A DNA stretch of 53,413 bases from an uncultured bacterium (GTDB lineage: Bacteria > Patescibacteriota > Minisyncoccia > Phycocordibacterales > Phycocordibacteraceae), in assembly GCA_947085985.1 (NCBI GenBank), contig CAMTYL010000003.1, positions 81,826-135,238 on the forward strand, in the 5' to 3' direction. The notes beneath the pieces were generated by a model that saw only the letters and a list, made by a program, of their open reading frames with translations, made no database searches and was not told the DNA's origin. Both the position numbers and the translations under genes were made by a program. Positions 1-8,617 of this stretch are shown here, in pieces. Numbering within the stretch: the stretch's first letter is position 1; each line of letters opens with the position of its first letter.

Positions 1-172
1 CCACAGCAAAGATGGCTCCCAGCTGAATAGCGATGTGAAAGCTGGTGAGGAGGTCACTGTCCGGTATGCCAAGAAGGGTGCTGGCCAGGATGAGGTGACC
101 GGTAGAGGAAATAGGAAGAAACTCGGTAAGTCCCTCAATAATGCCAAGAAGTACCGCGTCAAGAAGTGTCAT
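1..172 (-). CDS. uppP: Undecaprenyl-diphosphate phosphatase, N-terminal part (runs off the window)
   Basis: Manual translation [29 protein letters not shown]...IQLGAIFAV carries the BacA/UppP signature [14 protein letters not shown]; not in the ORF track. Confidence 0.95.
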   Translation of the reverse strand, partial: MTLLDAVLLGIIEGLTEFLPISSTGHLILASTLLGIPDSDLLTSFHIAIQLGAIFAV

Positions 173-373
173 GGGCACAGTCTACTACGGAGGAAGAGAG
201 TCTGGCAGGCATCTGGGCGGAAAAGGGCGGAAAACATGCGCCATGTGGAGGGGGTTTGGGTGGGGGAATGCGCGAGTGATTATGCGAGAAAACCTATATA
301 AAACAAGGGAAAACGGGCATTGACAGAGGGCCCCTGGCCACCCCCAGAAAGGGTGTGGTCTGCTTCACCGCTC

Positions 374-402
374 TTGACAAGACTTGTCAAGTCTGCTACT
401 AT
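374..402 (+). promoter_or_regulatory. sigma70-type promoter with a palindrome over the -35 box
   Basis: TTGACA-17nt-TACTAT; CTTGACAAGACTTGTCAAG inverted repeat overlaps the -35. Confidence 0.6.
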
Positions 403-441
403 GGGCTTATCAGCCGTATCCGTAAGGAGCGGCTTTAATTT

Positions 442-1056
442 ATGCCTGTAATTGCAGTAGCAGCCCTCATGGGCTTCATCTTTATGCCAGGGAGCACCTC
501 GGCGCCGACACCTGAAGTAACAACTGGTCCGGCTGCCAAGGTAGTGGTCTTGGAGGGCGAAGAGCCTTCCAAACGCCTGGCTACCTCTCGCGGGGTAGCC
601 TCTTCCCTCCAGGTTTCCATGACTGCGTACAACGCAGTTCCTGAGCAAACCGACGGCGATCCAATGATTACCGCTAGTGGTGCCCGCTCAAACTCTGAGG
701 TGGTTGCCGCTCGCTCACGTGACTTGGCTAGCGAGCTACCATTCGGTACCGTTATCAAGATTGAACGTAGTGCATCGGATACGCCGGGCTGTCGCTTCTC
801 CCAGGTTGAATCGCAGATTGGATACCGTGTTATTGCGGACACCATGCATCAGCGCTGGACCAAGAAGATTGACGTGCTCCTCGACCAGGAGAATACCGTT
901 CCGGTAAACGGACGCGAAGTAAACCCTGGAATTGCTCTTGGCGTGTGTCGCGACGTGACGATTACCGTGGTTGGTTCGGTCAATATCAAGAATATGCCTA
1001 CCACGCAAGCGGAGCTCGCTTCCATGTTCAGTGAAACAACACTCGCATTAAAATAA
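442..1056 (+). CDS. 3D-domain (MltA-like) cell-wall protein
   Basis: N-terminal hydrophobic segment; TAYNAVPEQTDGDPMITASG, LPFGT, ADTM and KIDV motifs. Confidence 0.8.
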   Translation: MPVIAVAALMGFIFMPGSTSAPTPEVTTGPAAKVVVLEGEEPSKRLATSRGVASSLQVSMTAYNAVPEQTDGDPMITASGARSNSEVVAARSRDLASELPFGTVIKIERSASDTPGCRFSQVESQIGYRVIADTMHQRWTKKIDVLLDQENTVPVNGREVNPGIALGVCRDVTITVVGSVNIKNMPTTQAELASMFSETTLALK

Positions 1057-1091
1057 TTCTCCAATCGTAAGAAGTTCCTACTTCATACGTC

Positions 1092-1126
1092 AAGAAAGAG
1101 CGGACTATTCTAGTCCGCTCTTTCTT
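1092..1126 (+). terminator. Intrinsic terminator
   Basis: AAGAAAGAGCGGACTA-TTC-TAGTCCGCTCTTTCTT perfect hairpin after the 3D gene. Confidence 0.85.
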
Positions 1127-1149
1127 ATTTGCTATACTCGCAGTACCGT

Positions 1150-2388
1150 ATGAGGCCATTTTTCTACACCACCGTCACGATTGCATCTCTTGTGTTTGGG
1201 GTGTTCGTGGTACCCGCAGGAGAGGCGCGCGCTGCGACACCCACGGTTGCTTCCAGCACGTTTGAGTATTCTGGGTGGCTACCCTATTGGCGCGTTGGGT
1301 CTTCCACACGCGACGTGATGCCGAATCTCTCCAAGCTCAGTGAAGTCAATCCGTTCGGCTATACCGTTAAGAAGGACGGCACACTACACGACGCTGCACA
1401 AATAGGCAAAAAGGAGTGGCAGACACTCTTTGCGGCTGCCAAGAAGCAAAACGTGCGCGTGGTACCCACGGTTATGTGGAGCGACACCGAAGCCATCGAC
1501 AACGTGCTCTCCAACAAGAAGCTTCGCAAAAAGCACGTGGCCGCCATTGTGAACATGGTTGAGACAAACGGTTTTGATGGGGTTGATATTGATTACGAGG
1601 GTAAGCGCGTAAGTAGTCGGAGTGGCTACTCAGCGTTTCTAAAAGAGCTCTCCGCAGCACTTGCAAAGAGTAGGGGAGACAAGTGGCTCATGTGCACCAT
1701 TGAGGCACGCACCCCGCCGCAAGATTTGTATAAAACAATCCCTGCTGACTTGGAATACGTGAACGACTTCAAGGTCATAAACACGTACTGCGACCGGGTG
1801 CGCCTTATGACCTACGATCAGCAACGTGCCGACCTGACGCTAAACAAGGCCGCAGGCAAGGAGCTCTACGCGCCCGTTGCGGACGTGGTGTGGGTGAGAA
1901 AGGTAGCAACGCTTGCGCTCAAGGATATAGACAAGGATAAGCTGGTACTCGGTGTTGCTACCTACGGCTACATCTATCAAGTCATGCCGCACACAGACGG
2001 CAGTGGGTATTCGTATACGCTGCTGGAGGCATTTAATCCAAAATATGGAACGGACACCGCGCGCGAGTACGGCATAACGCCAAAACGAAACACCGCAGGC
2101 GAGCTTTCGTTTACCTATATGCCAAAGATGCCAGCGCCCCTTCCCACAAACGCAGCGCTGTCTGCAAAAGCCCCAAAGGGAACCCATTCTTCTCTAAGGG
2201 CGGCGCTCGGCGCCACTGCGCTGGCTAAAGAAAAGGGGAAGCAGACACCGTTCTATATGCTCACGTGGAGCGACGCCACCGCGATTGAGTCAAAGGTAAA
2301 ACTTGCAAAGGAGCTTGGCGTGCGTGGCATTGCCGTGTTTAAGCTTGATGGCGGACAGGATCCTGCACTTTGGACCGTTTTGAAATAA
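1150..2388 (+). CDS. Glycoside hydrolase family 18 protein, secreted
   Basis: FDGVDIDYE catalytic DxxDxDxE motif, LMTYD, signal peptide. Confidence 0.85.
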   Translation: MRPFFYTTVTIASLVFGVFVVPAGEARAATPTVASSTFEYSGWLPYWRVGSSTRDVMPNLSKLSEVNPFGYTVKKDGTLHDAAQIGKKEWQTLFAAAKKQNVRVVPTVMWSDTEAIDNVLSNKKLRKKHVAAIVNMVETNGFDGVDIDYEGKRVSSRSGYSAFLKELSAALAKSRGDKWLMCTIEARTPPQDLYKTIPADLEYVNDFKVINTYCDRVRLMTYDQQRADLTLNKAAGKELYAPVADVVWVRKVATLALKDIDKDKLVLGVATYGYIYQVMPHTDGSGYSYTLLEAFNPKYGTDTAREYGITPKRNTAGELSFTYMPKMPAPLPTNAALSAKAPKGTHSSLRAALGATALAKEKGKQTPFYMLTWSDATAIESKVKLAKELGVRGIAVFKLDGGQDPALWTVLK

Positions 2389-2389
2389 C

Positions 2390-2419
2390 AAAATCGGCGC
2401 GCCTAGGCGCGCCGATTTT
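2390..2419. terminator. Bidirectional terminator
   Basis: AAAATCGGCGCGCCTAGGCGCGCCGATTTT palindrome between convergent genes. Confidence 0.85.
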
Positions 2420-3275
2420 AATCAAAGAGGTACACCAGATAGGTATCAATTTCTCGCTGTTCTAGCTCATAGAAGTAGTCTCCGTCCTGGTAGAGACGCG
2501 TGGCGAGCTTATCTCCTACATAGCGCCAGTGCCAGGGCTCGTACTGGTAGTAGGCGTTGCCCTTCGGGTACGAGAGAACAAATCCAAACTTGTGCGCATT
2601 CTTAGTCAGCCACGTGTACGCGGCAGTTTTATCAAACCCAACGAGCGCACCATTTGTTGACTTGGTAGTGAAGTCAACGGTAGTACCGAGCTGGTGCTCT
2701 GAATACCCCTGGTCGGCAGAGAACGCGTTCGCGCCGCTTCCATACATGACTTTGTATCCTGTTTTTAGGGCGCCCTGTGCACTGAACGAACGAAAGGCAG
2801 ACGTTGCGCGCAGGTCTATCTTTTCGTCGTGGGCTGCTTGCACCATAGCTTCAAGGGCGGGGAGCACCTTTGCATGCAAAAGAAGCTCCTTATCTTCTGG
2901 GTACACGTACCGACTGTCGATTGTGCTGAGCTCTTCTGGAGTGTAGTGCTCACTGAGGAAGTACACTTTGGAATATTTTGCCAACAGCTCTTTGTCAGTG
3001 CGCGCCAGCTTATCAAGTGTGCCCACCGTACTTTTGATGCTACTAATCTGGTTTGCGAACGCCCCGTTTCGCGCCTGCTCCTCTACCAGAGTTGTTTGGA
3101 GCACTTCTGCCTCAGCTTTAAGAGTGGTAAGCGCGCTGCTCGTAGAAGCTAGGTCGGTTGATGTGCGAAGAAACGAGTCCTCTAGACCTCGGTACGTATA
3201 CCACCCGTACACAAGGCCAGCGGAAAGAATCAGAACACAGGCCCCAAGGAGGATAACGGAAAATCTATACCACAT
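2418..3275 (-). CDS. M15B D-Ala-D-Ala carboxypeptidase (VanY-like), membrane anchored with coiled coil
   Basis: SAFRS, SEHQLGTTVD and YEPWHWRYVG motifs. Confidence 0.9.
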   Translation of the reverse strand: MWYRFSVILLGACVLILSAGLVYGWYTYRGLEDSFLRTSTDLASTSSALTTLKAEAEVLQTTLVEEQARNGAFANQISSIKSTVGTLDKLARTDKELLAKYSKVYFLSEHYTPEELSTIDSRYVYPEDKELLLHAKVLPALEAMVQAAHDEKIDLRATSAFRSFSAQGALKTGYKVMYGSGANAFSADQGYSEHQLGTTVDFTTKSTNGALVGFDKTAAYTWLTKNAHKFGFVLSYPKGNAYYQYEPWHWRYVGDKLATRLYQDGDYFYELEQREIDTYLVYLFD

Positions 3276-3359
3276 GCCAAGATGTTACCTTGATGTTATG
3301 TGCCACGCGAGTCTTCTTGTTTTCTCTAATACGTGTAGACTAGTAGGTACTAGCTACGT

Positions 3360-4343
3360 ATGCGTTTTAAAAAGGCCAATATCCACGTTGCTCTCATGTT
3401 CGTTGCCGGCCTTGCCGTTGGCGTCATAGCAACTGCCGTATGGATACAGTCCACGGGACAGGAGCGCGGCAGTGCGCGGCAGATTAGGGAGGGCGGCGGA
3501 CTCTATACGAACCGACTTCTAGAGTGCGATGTTGCCCAAGGATCAGTGGATTCGCCGAAGATCCGATTTGAGCGAGACCTAAAGGTCAAGGTAGATGAAA
3601 TACTTGCACGACCATCAATTACTGAACTGGCGGTTTACTACAGGGACCTGAACAACGGCCCTGCCTTTGGTATTAATCAGGACAAGGAGTTTTTTCCGGC
3701 TTCTCTTTTAAAGACGCCACTACTCATGGCATTCCTTAAGCATGCAGAGGCGCGACCCGGATTTCTGACTCAGAAAGTTACCTATTACCAAACTGGGGTG
3801 CCTAAACCAGCCCATCAAACAATACTTCCAGAAGTACCTCTGGTCTCTGGTCAAGAGTACTCCGTTGAACAGTTGCTTGAACATCTCATTAAATACTCAG
3901 ACAATGATGCGCTTGCGGTACTCTACCCGCTTTTGCCAGAGCAGGAGTACTCAGACCTTTTTGAGCGCCTCGGTGTTACTGGTGTGAATTTGAGTGATGT
4001 TACAATGACGCTAACCGTTGCTGAATACTCTACGTTCTTTAGGGTTTTGTATAATGCCTCGTTCCTAAGCCAGGCAATGTCCGAAAAGGCACTCGGCTTA
4101 CTTGCAGCAGCAACCTACAACGCCGGATTGCGTGGTGGCGTCCCACAGTCTGTCCCTATCGCGCACAAGTTTGGAGAGAGAGATCTCAGAGACGGATTCT
4201 ACCAGCTTCATGACTGTGGAATTGTTTACGAACAGCAAAAAGAGTACTTGCTCTGTGTAATGACACGAGGAAAGAATCAGAATGAGCTTGCGTCAGTAAT
4301 CAGGGAAATTTCTACGTATACCTACCAGAAGGTCTCTGAGTAG
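3360..4343 (+). CDS. Class A beta-lactamase-like serine hydrolase
   Basis: PASLLK (SxxK), SDN and AHKFG motifs; N-terminal TM. Confidence 0.85.
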   Translation: MRFKKANIHVALMFVAGLAVGVIATAVWIQSTGQERGSARQIREGGGLYTNRLLECDVAQGSVDSPKIRFERDLKVKVDEILARPSITELAVYYRDLNNGPAFGINQDKEFFPASLLKTPLLMAFLKHAEARPGFLTQKVTYYQTGVPKPAHQTILPEVPLVSGQEYSVEQLLEHLIKYSDNDALAVLYPLLPEQEYSDLFERLGVTGVNLSDVTMTLTVAEYSTFFRVLYNASFLSQAMSEKALGLLAAATYNAGLRGGVPQSVPIAHKFGERDLRDGFYQLHDCGIVYEQQKEYLLCVMTRGKNQNELASVIREISTYTYQKVSE

Positions 4344-4390
4344 TGACGTTGTGCGAAAAGTGACCGGATACGGTAGTATGACCTAACACT

Positions 4391-4789
4391 ATGAAAGGGA
4401 AATATGTTCCGGGAGACTTTACGCTCCGGGTCGGCAGGTCTTCTGCCGGCCTTGGTCTTTATGCTAGCGAAGCAATTCCAAAGGGTGCGTGCATTATTGA
4501 ATATGTGGGTCGCCGCGTAAGCGCGGAAGAGGAAGACACGAGTAAGAGTAAGTACTTATTTGAAATACGAAAGGGTTTCACCATTGACGGGAAGCCAAAG
4601 TGGAACAAGGCAGGCTACATCAACCATTCCTGCGTACCAAACGCAGAGACCGAGATATACAAGGATCGCATTTTTGTGATGGCCAGGAAGGCAATAAAGC
4701 CTGGCGAAGAAATTACCTACGACTACGGAAAAGAGTACTGGCTAGAGCACTGCCAGCCTTGCCGTTGCCCAAAGCACGCGAAAGTATAA
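4391..4789 (+). CDS. SET domain protein (putative lysine methyltransferase)
   Basis: GLGLYA, YINHSCVPN, EEITYDY and post-SET CxC motifs. Confidence 0.9.
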   Translation: MKGKYVPGDFTLRVGRSSAGLGLYASEAIPKGACIIEYVGRRVSAEEEDTSKSKYLFEIRKGFTIDGKPKWNKAGYINHSCVPNAETEIYKDRIFVMARKAIKPGEEITYDYGKEYWLEHCQPCRCPKHAKV

Positions 4790-4817
4790 GAAAGAGCGGG
4801 CGCCGGAGCGCCCGCCT

Positions 4818-5315
4818 TCATAGGGAAAATTTAGTGACAAAAAGCCTTACGCCGTTGTCGTCCGTAAAGGACACTCGCTGCGTTGACCCACCATCAGAAC
4901 TGTATCGCGGAAACACTGGCTCCGTAGCTACCCACTCGTATCGGAATACAGGGCCCACACTTATGACTCCTGGATACACTGACGACTCATGAATACTACC
5001 TCACCAAAGATTGACACGTCTTTAAGCTCAGCCGGGTTCACATCCACGATGCCTGGCTCCTCCGCCAAACATCGCAGTACGCAGTTAAGTGGCTTTTCGC
5101 CTGCCGTCATGGTCTCACTCAGTGTGTGGCTCTGGACTTTCTCAATCCTTCTTTGAGCCACTGGACCGTTTGCGTACTCTCTGGCTGTTTCAAGCCAATA
5201 AGCGTTCGCAGTCCTGATGTACAGCTTCACGCTTACTGCAGTGCGGTACACTCGTCCATTACTTACTACTAACCTGCAATCCTTCTCGCAGACTTCCTTG
5301 TACAAAAAGTGCAGG
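4818..5315 (-). pseudogene. Frameshifted, 5'-truncated NUDIX-like hypothetical gene
   Basis: Frame 1 ...LSETMTAGEKPLNCVLRCLAEEPGI... continues after a frameshift near 5000 as ...HESSVYPGVISVG...VTKFSL*; no credible start. Confidence 0.5.
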
Positions 5316-5339
5316 GGGGTAGCTATTGTAATAGGTATC

Positions 5340-5513
5340 ATGGTGCTGTTGGGAGTAGTAGCTCTGTTCGTGCTCTATGCACTTCCAGCTATGAACGCAG
5401 CGCCCGCTGCACAGGAGGGTACGGCAATTGATCTAAACGTCACCTTGCCCGAACCAGTAGCAGCAGAGCCAGAAGCGGCTGCTCCAGCAGCAGAACCTGC
5501 TCAAGCGGAGTAG
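5340..5513 (+). CDS. Small single-TM protein, probably 5'-truncated
   Basis: Hydrophobic stretch then Ala/Pro/Glu-rich tail, followed by a terminator; start uncertain. Confidence 0.5.
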   Translation: MVLLGVVALFVLYALPAMNAAPAAQEGTAIDLNVTLPEPVAAEPEAAAPAAEPAQAE

Positions 5514-5528
5514 TATTTTTCTGTCTAC

Positions 5529-5571
5529 AAACGCAAAACAGGCACCCTTCCGGGTGCCTGTTTTGCGTTTT
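5529..5571. terminator. Bidirectional terminator
   Basis: AAACGCAAAACAGGCACCC-TTCC-GGGTGCCTGTTTTGCGTTT. Confidence 0.9.
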
Positions 5572-5574
5572 ATC

Positions 5575-5682
5575 TTATTGGCCGCGTCCCTTGTTTGCGA
5601 GCTTAATCGCAAGGCGCTTCTTGGTCTTTGGCGGACTCTTGCGAGGCGTCTTTGGACTTACTCCGTGTTTGCTTGATCCCAT
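5575..5682 (-). CDS. 35-aa highly basic microprotein
   Basis: MGSSKHGVSPKTPRKSPPKTKKRLAIKLANKGRGQ; AT-rich leader; stop codon directly before the terminator; below the ORF-track cutoff. Confidence 0.65.
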   Translation of the reverse strand: MGSSKHGVSPKTPRKSPPKTKKRLAIKLANKGRGQ

Positions 5683-5831
5683 ATCGTAATAATTTTATGT
5701 GTTTCCTCTAGACTACCACCGTTTGGCTATTTTCGCACGAATCGGGCCCGTGGTTCCCGACACTGAATCCGCGGTGCTCTGTACGGACCTTACGGACCTG
5801 CGAGGTTCATAGAAGACAACGTGGTGTGTCG

Positions 5832-6341
5832 TTAAGGTTGGAACAATTCTTCGGGGAGAAAGCGAACAGTCTGGACGGTGGGGAATTGCTTCGCGGTTGC
5901 TTCTATTTGTGCCCAGAGAATAGCAACCCTGCAGGAGCCACCAGTCGTTTTGTTACTTGGGTCGTTAAAAGTAAGTGTCGCAACTCCGTCGGTGATAGTA
6001 GCGCCTACGAGCGAAAGGCCAGAGAGAGGGAATTCGGTTTCAATACCAGACGCTCGCTCGCTTTCTGAGATCTCTCCGTGTAAGAGAAGCTGTATGGAAT
6101 TTTTAAGTGGTGTATCGGTGCTTGGAATAACTCGCTCTACAGCAACTAGGCCGTTGCTGGTGCACTGCACTCCGCCCGGGCCTTGATCAAGAGCGGGGTT
6201 GTAGTAGTAGAGCTTGATGGGTGTACCCGTTTCTTCTGGCGTGGACGGCGCGTCTATTCGCTGCACGTAGAAGTAGAAGACTGCTACAGCAAGAACGAGT
6301 GCGCCTGCAGCCAATAGTAGGTATTTGTTCATGTTTTGCAT
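5832..6341 (-). CDS. GerMN domain protein
   Basis: N-terminal TM; GGSCRVAILWAQIEATAKQFPTVQTV typical of GerMN. Confidence 0.8.
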   Translation of the reverse strand: MQNMNKYLLLAAGALVLAVAVFYFYVQRIDAPSTPEETGTPIKLYYYNPALDQGPGGVQCTSNGLVAVERVIPSTDTPLKNSIQLLLHGEISESERASGIETEFPLSGLSLVGATITDGVATLTFNDPSNKTTGGSCRVAILWAQIEATAKQFPTVQTVRFLPEELFQP

Positions 6342-6489
6342 TTGTATGCAGTATAGCAATTTCCTGGCAACTCTGGAAAAAGACCGCTGGCACCTTTCTT
6401 GTGTTGCGTGTAAGTATGTACGCTTTCTTACGGCTACAGTAGTAATCTCGCGTGGAGGGTCGGTTTACTTATTAGCGGATTTTTTGAAT

Positions 6490-6840
6490 ATGGACAACGA
6501 AAAGCAAGTAGAAGAGTGTTTAGTAAGTGCAAATAAGCAGGTTGAGGATTCTGAGGTAAGGGCAGAAAAAATTGAGGAGAAAGTGGAAGGAGCGATTGAA
6601 GCCGTTTTGAATGGCCACAATGAAGCCACGATAGCTCATATTGAAGCGGCAACCGTTCACGCGGATGCCGCCGATACACACATACGCATAGCCAAGGAAA
6701 ACGCCAACAAGGGCGCTACTCGCACGCACGTAGAAGCCGCCGAAGTACACAAAGAAGCAGTGGAAGTTCACATTGAAGCCGCTGATGAGCACATGGAAGC
6801 TGCTCAGGAGTTGGCAAAGAAGTACCCGCCTTCTATGTAG
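6490..6840 (+). CDS. His-heptad helical protein (SmbP-like putative metal binder)
   Basis: Two runs of four His at exact 7-residue spacing in Ala/Glu-rich helices. Confidence 0.6.
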   Translation: MDNEKQVEECLVSANKQVEDSEVRAEKIEEKVEGAIEAVLNGHNEATIAHIEAATVHADAADTHIRIAKENANKGATRTHVEAAEVHKEAVEVHIEAADEHMEAAQELAKKYPPSM

Positions 6841-6883
6841 TAGCGAAGCAAACAGAAAAACCCCTTTCGGGGTTCTTCAATTT

Positions 6884-7124
6884 GCTCCGCGGGCAGGGAC
6901 GTGAGTACACTTATCGCCCGCGACTCTCTGTCTCGTCGTCACTCGCCAGAGGTCTGCACCACATGAGTACTTCCAATTTCTAATCGCTGCACTCAAGAAA
7001 TTTAGGTCGGGCACCACCTCGCTGGTTCTGCCTGCTAGCAGAACCTTGCTCCGGTGTTCGATCCCTGCCCGCGGAGGAAATAGTAAAGGCCCAATGCTTA
7101 CGCATCAGGCCTAACTATTTCGAG
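6884..7124. repeat. tRNA-Asn 3' trailer with inverted and direct copies of the tRNA 3' end
   Basis: 7056-7076 is the exact reverse complement of 7125-7145 (21 nt); 6884-6899 is identical to 7124-7139 (16 nt). Confidence 0.9.
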
Positions 7125-7162
7125 CTCCGCGGGCAGGGATCGAACCTGCGACCAAGCGATTA

Positions 7163-7716
7163 CACGTATCTTATCGTTTCCGAAAAGGGTGGACTATATC
7201 ATCGCCCGTTCCTGTGAACTGGGGCGGGAGGCGCTTCCGATCGCTTTCGCGACAGTACTCTCTTGCGAGATAGTCTCTGAACCTTCAATCCGATTGCTCG
7301 GAAAGCTTGGCTGCTGATTACCCTCGTCTTTCTCGTTAGGGCTTCCAGCAATTCACCTCCTTTTCATCTCCGAATTACTTCGGGGAGCTGCGTAATGTTG
7401 TCGTGCACTTCAGAGTGACAGTTTGCACATAGGAGAACACATTTCTCCAGTTCCACGAGCGTCTTTTTCCACGACCTTGTTATCCCTTTCATGGAGAGAC
7501 CGAAGTCCTTCTTAGTTGGGTCAAGATGATGGAAGACCATTGCCCGTTTACACCGATCATATCCACAAATGATGCATTTTCCGCCACCGTACTCTAAGGC
7601 CATTTCGCGAAGCTTCTTTCGTCGTTTCGCAACCGCCTTCTTTAAGTACTCAGCACGATCAGCATAGGTTCGTGTCTCTGGCATACTTTACTGAGTATAC
7701 TATTGACACACGTACC
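7163..7716 (-). mobile_element. Group I intron (554 nt) at anticodon position 35/36
   Basis: 5' exon ends in U and intron ends in G; P AATTGCTGGAA, Q AATCAGCAG, R TTCAGAGACTA, S GATATAGTCC; P3 GGAGGTG/CGCCTCC. Confidence 0.92.
7364..7684 (-). CDS. Intron-encoded HNH endonuclease
   Basis: CIICGY...FHHLDP...CVLLCANCHSEVH; lies inside the intron. Confidence 0.88.
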   Translation of the reverse strand: MPETRTYADRAEYLKKAVAKRRKKLREMALEYGGGKCIICGYDRCKRAMVFHHLDPTKKDFGLSMKGITRSWKKTLVELEKCVLLCANCHSEVHDNITQLPEVIRR

Positions 7717-7887
7717 ACAGTCGCTTGCTCTACCACTGAGCTACCGCGGAATGTCCCGCCCTCACCCGAGAGCATGAGCGGTACTTGGGTATTCTAGCGT
7801 ATTTTCTGGAGGAGGCAATTGTAGCCTGTTGACCAGGACCAACTAGAGGGGTAGGCTCCGGGTAGGAAATCATCGGGGAGACCGTGC

Positions 7888-8292
7888 GTGAACCATTCAG
7901 ACAGTCTGTACACCAAAGCCATGGAGCGGAAGCTCCTGGTGGAGGGGATTCTCGAGCGCCTTGCTCGTGAGGAAATATCCGAAAGAACTGCGCGAAAGCA
8001 GATTGCGATCTTCATCGGTCGTGGCATCTACGCCTGTCAGTCGCACCATATGGGGGAAGCTGAGGAGCTATTTGATGTGCAGCAGGTTTCCTTGGTGCTT
8101 GGGAGGGCGGAGGGATTTGTCGTTGCTATCCGCCGTTCGGGTGAATTCAAAGGAGAGACGGTACTCATCCCGTTTTTTGACGGCGGGATGGGATTCTTTG
8201 GAGTCGTCTCGCGGTCTGACTACCGGGGCCCACGGTTCATTCGTCCTCGCATGAGGAAAAGACGCATACAACAACTTCGTGCAGCGGCCTAA
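7888..8292 (+). CDS. Hypothetical protein (orphan cassette)
   Basis: GGGGAG SD, GTG start, hairpin near 8300-8335 downstream. Confidence 0.6.
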   Translation: MNHSDSLYTKAMERKLLVEGILERLAREEISERTARKQIAIFIGRGIYACQSHHMGEAEELFDVQQVSLVLGRAEGFVVAIRRSGEFKGETVLIPFFDGGMGFFGVVSRSDYRGPRFIRPRMRKRRIQQLRAAA

Positions 8293-8374
8293 TGCCGACA
8301 AGCGCTCCGGATCCAGTAGGCTCCGGAGCGCTTTCACTTTGCTATACTTACCGTATTCGCTAATTACATTTTCT

Positions 8375-8617
8375 ATGCTCACACTCTATGTCAAAACAGG
8401 ATGCCCGTATTGTGCTAAGGTGCTCGCCGTAGGTGAAGAGCTTGGCCTTGAGTTCAAAATAAAGAACGTAGAGGATCCTGCTATTGAGACTGAGCTCGTT
8501 ACGCGCGGAGGGAAGCGCCAGATGCCGTACTTGGTGGATGGCGACGCTGCCATTGAGATGTACGAGTCGGACGACATCATTGCGTACCTGCGCAGTACTG
8601 CTGCAAAGCCCGAGTAA
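8375..8617 (+). CDS. Glutaredoxin / GST-N domain protein
   Basis: CPYC, GGKRQMPYLVD and MYESDDII motifs. Confidence 0.9.
   Translation: MLTLYVKTGCPYCAKVLAVGEELGLEFKIKNVEDPAIETELVTRGGKRQMPYLVDGDAAIEMYESDDIIAYLRSTAAKPE

Larger units (their letters stand above)
7125..7750 (-). tRNA. tRNA-Asn(GTT), intron-containing; exons 7750-7717 and 7162-7125
   Basis: Spliced TCCGCGGTAGCTCAGTGGTAGAGCAAGCGACTGT|TAATCGCTTGGTCGCAGGTTCGATCCCTGCCCGCGGAG folds as a cloverleaf with GTT anticodon; CCA not encoded. Confidence 0.93.

Noticed and set aside
6884-7139. Direct tRNA 3'-end repeat as attL/attR of a prophage or island
   Set aside because: Only about 240 bp apart, no integrase or cargo, and an inverted copy lies between, which integrase insertion does not explain.
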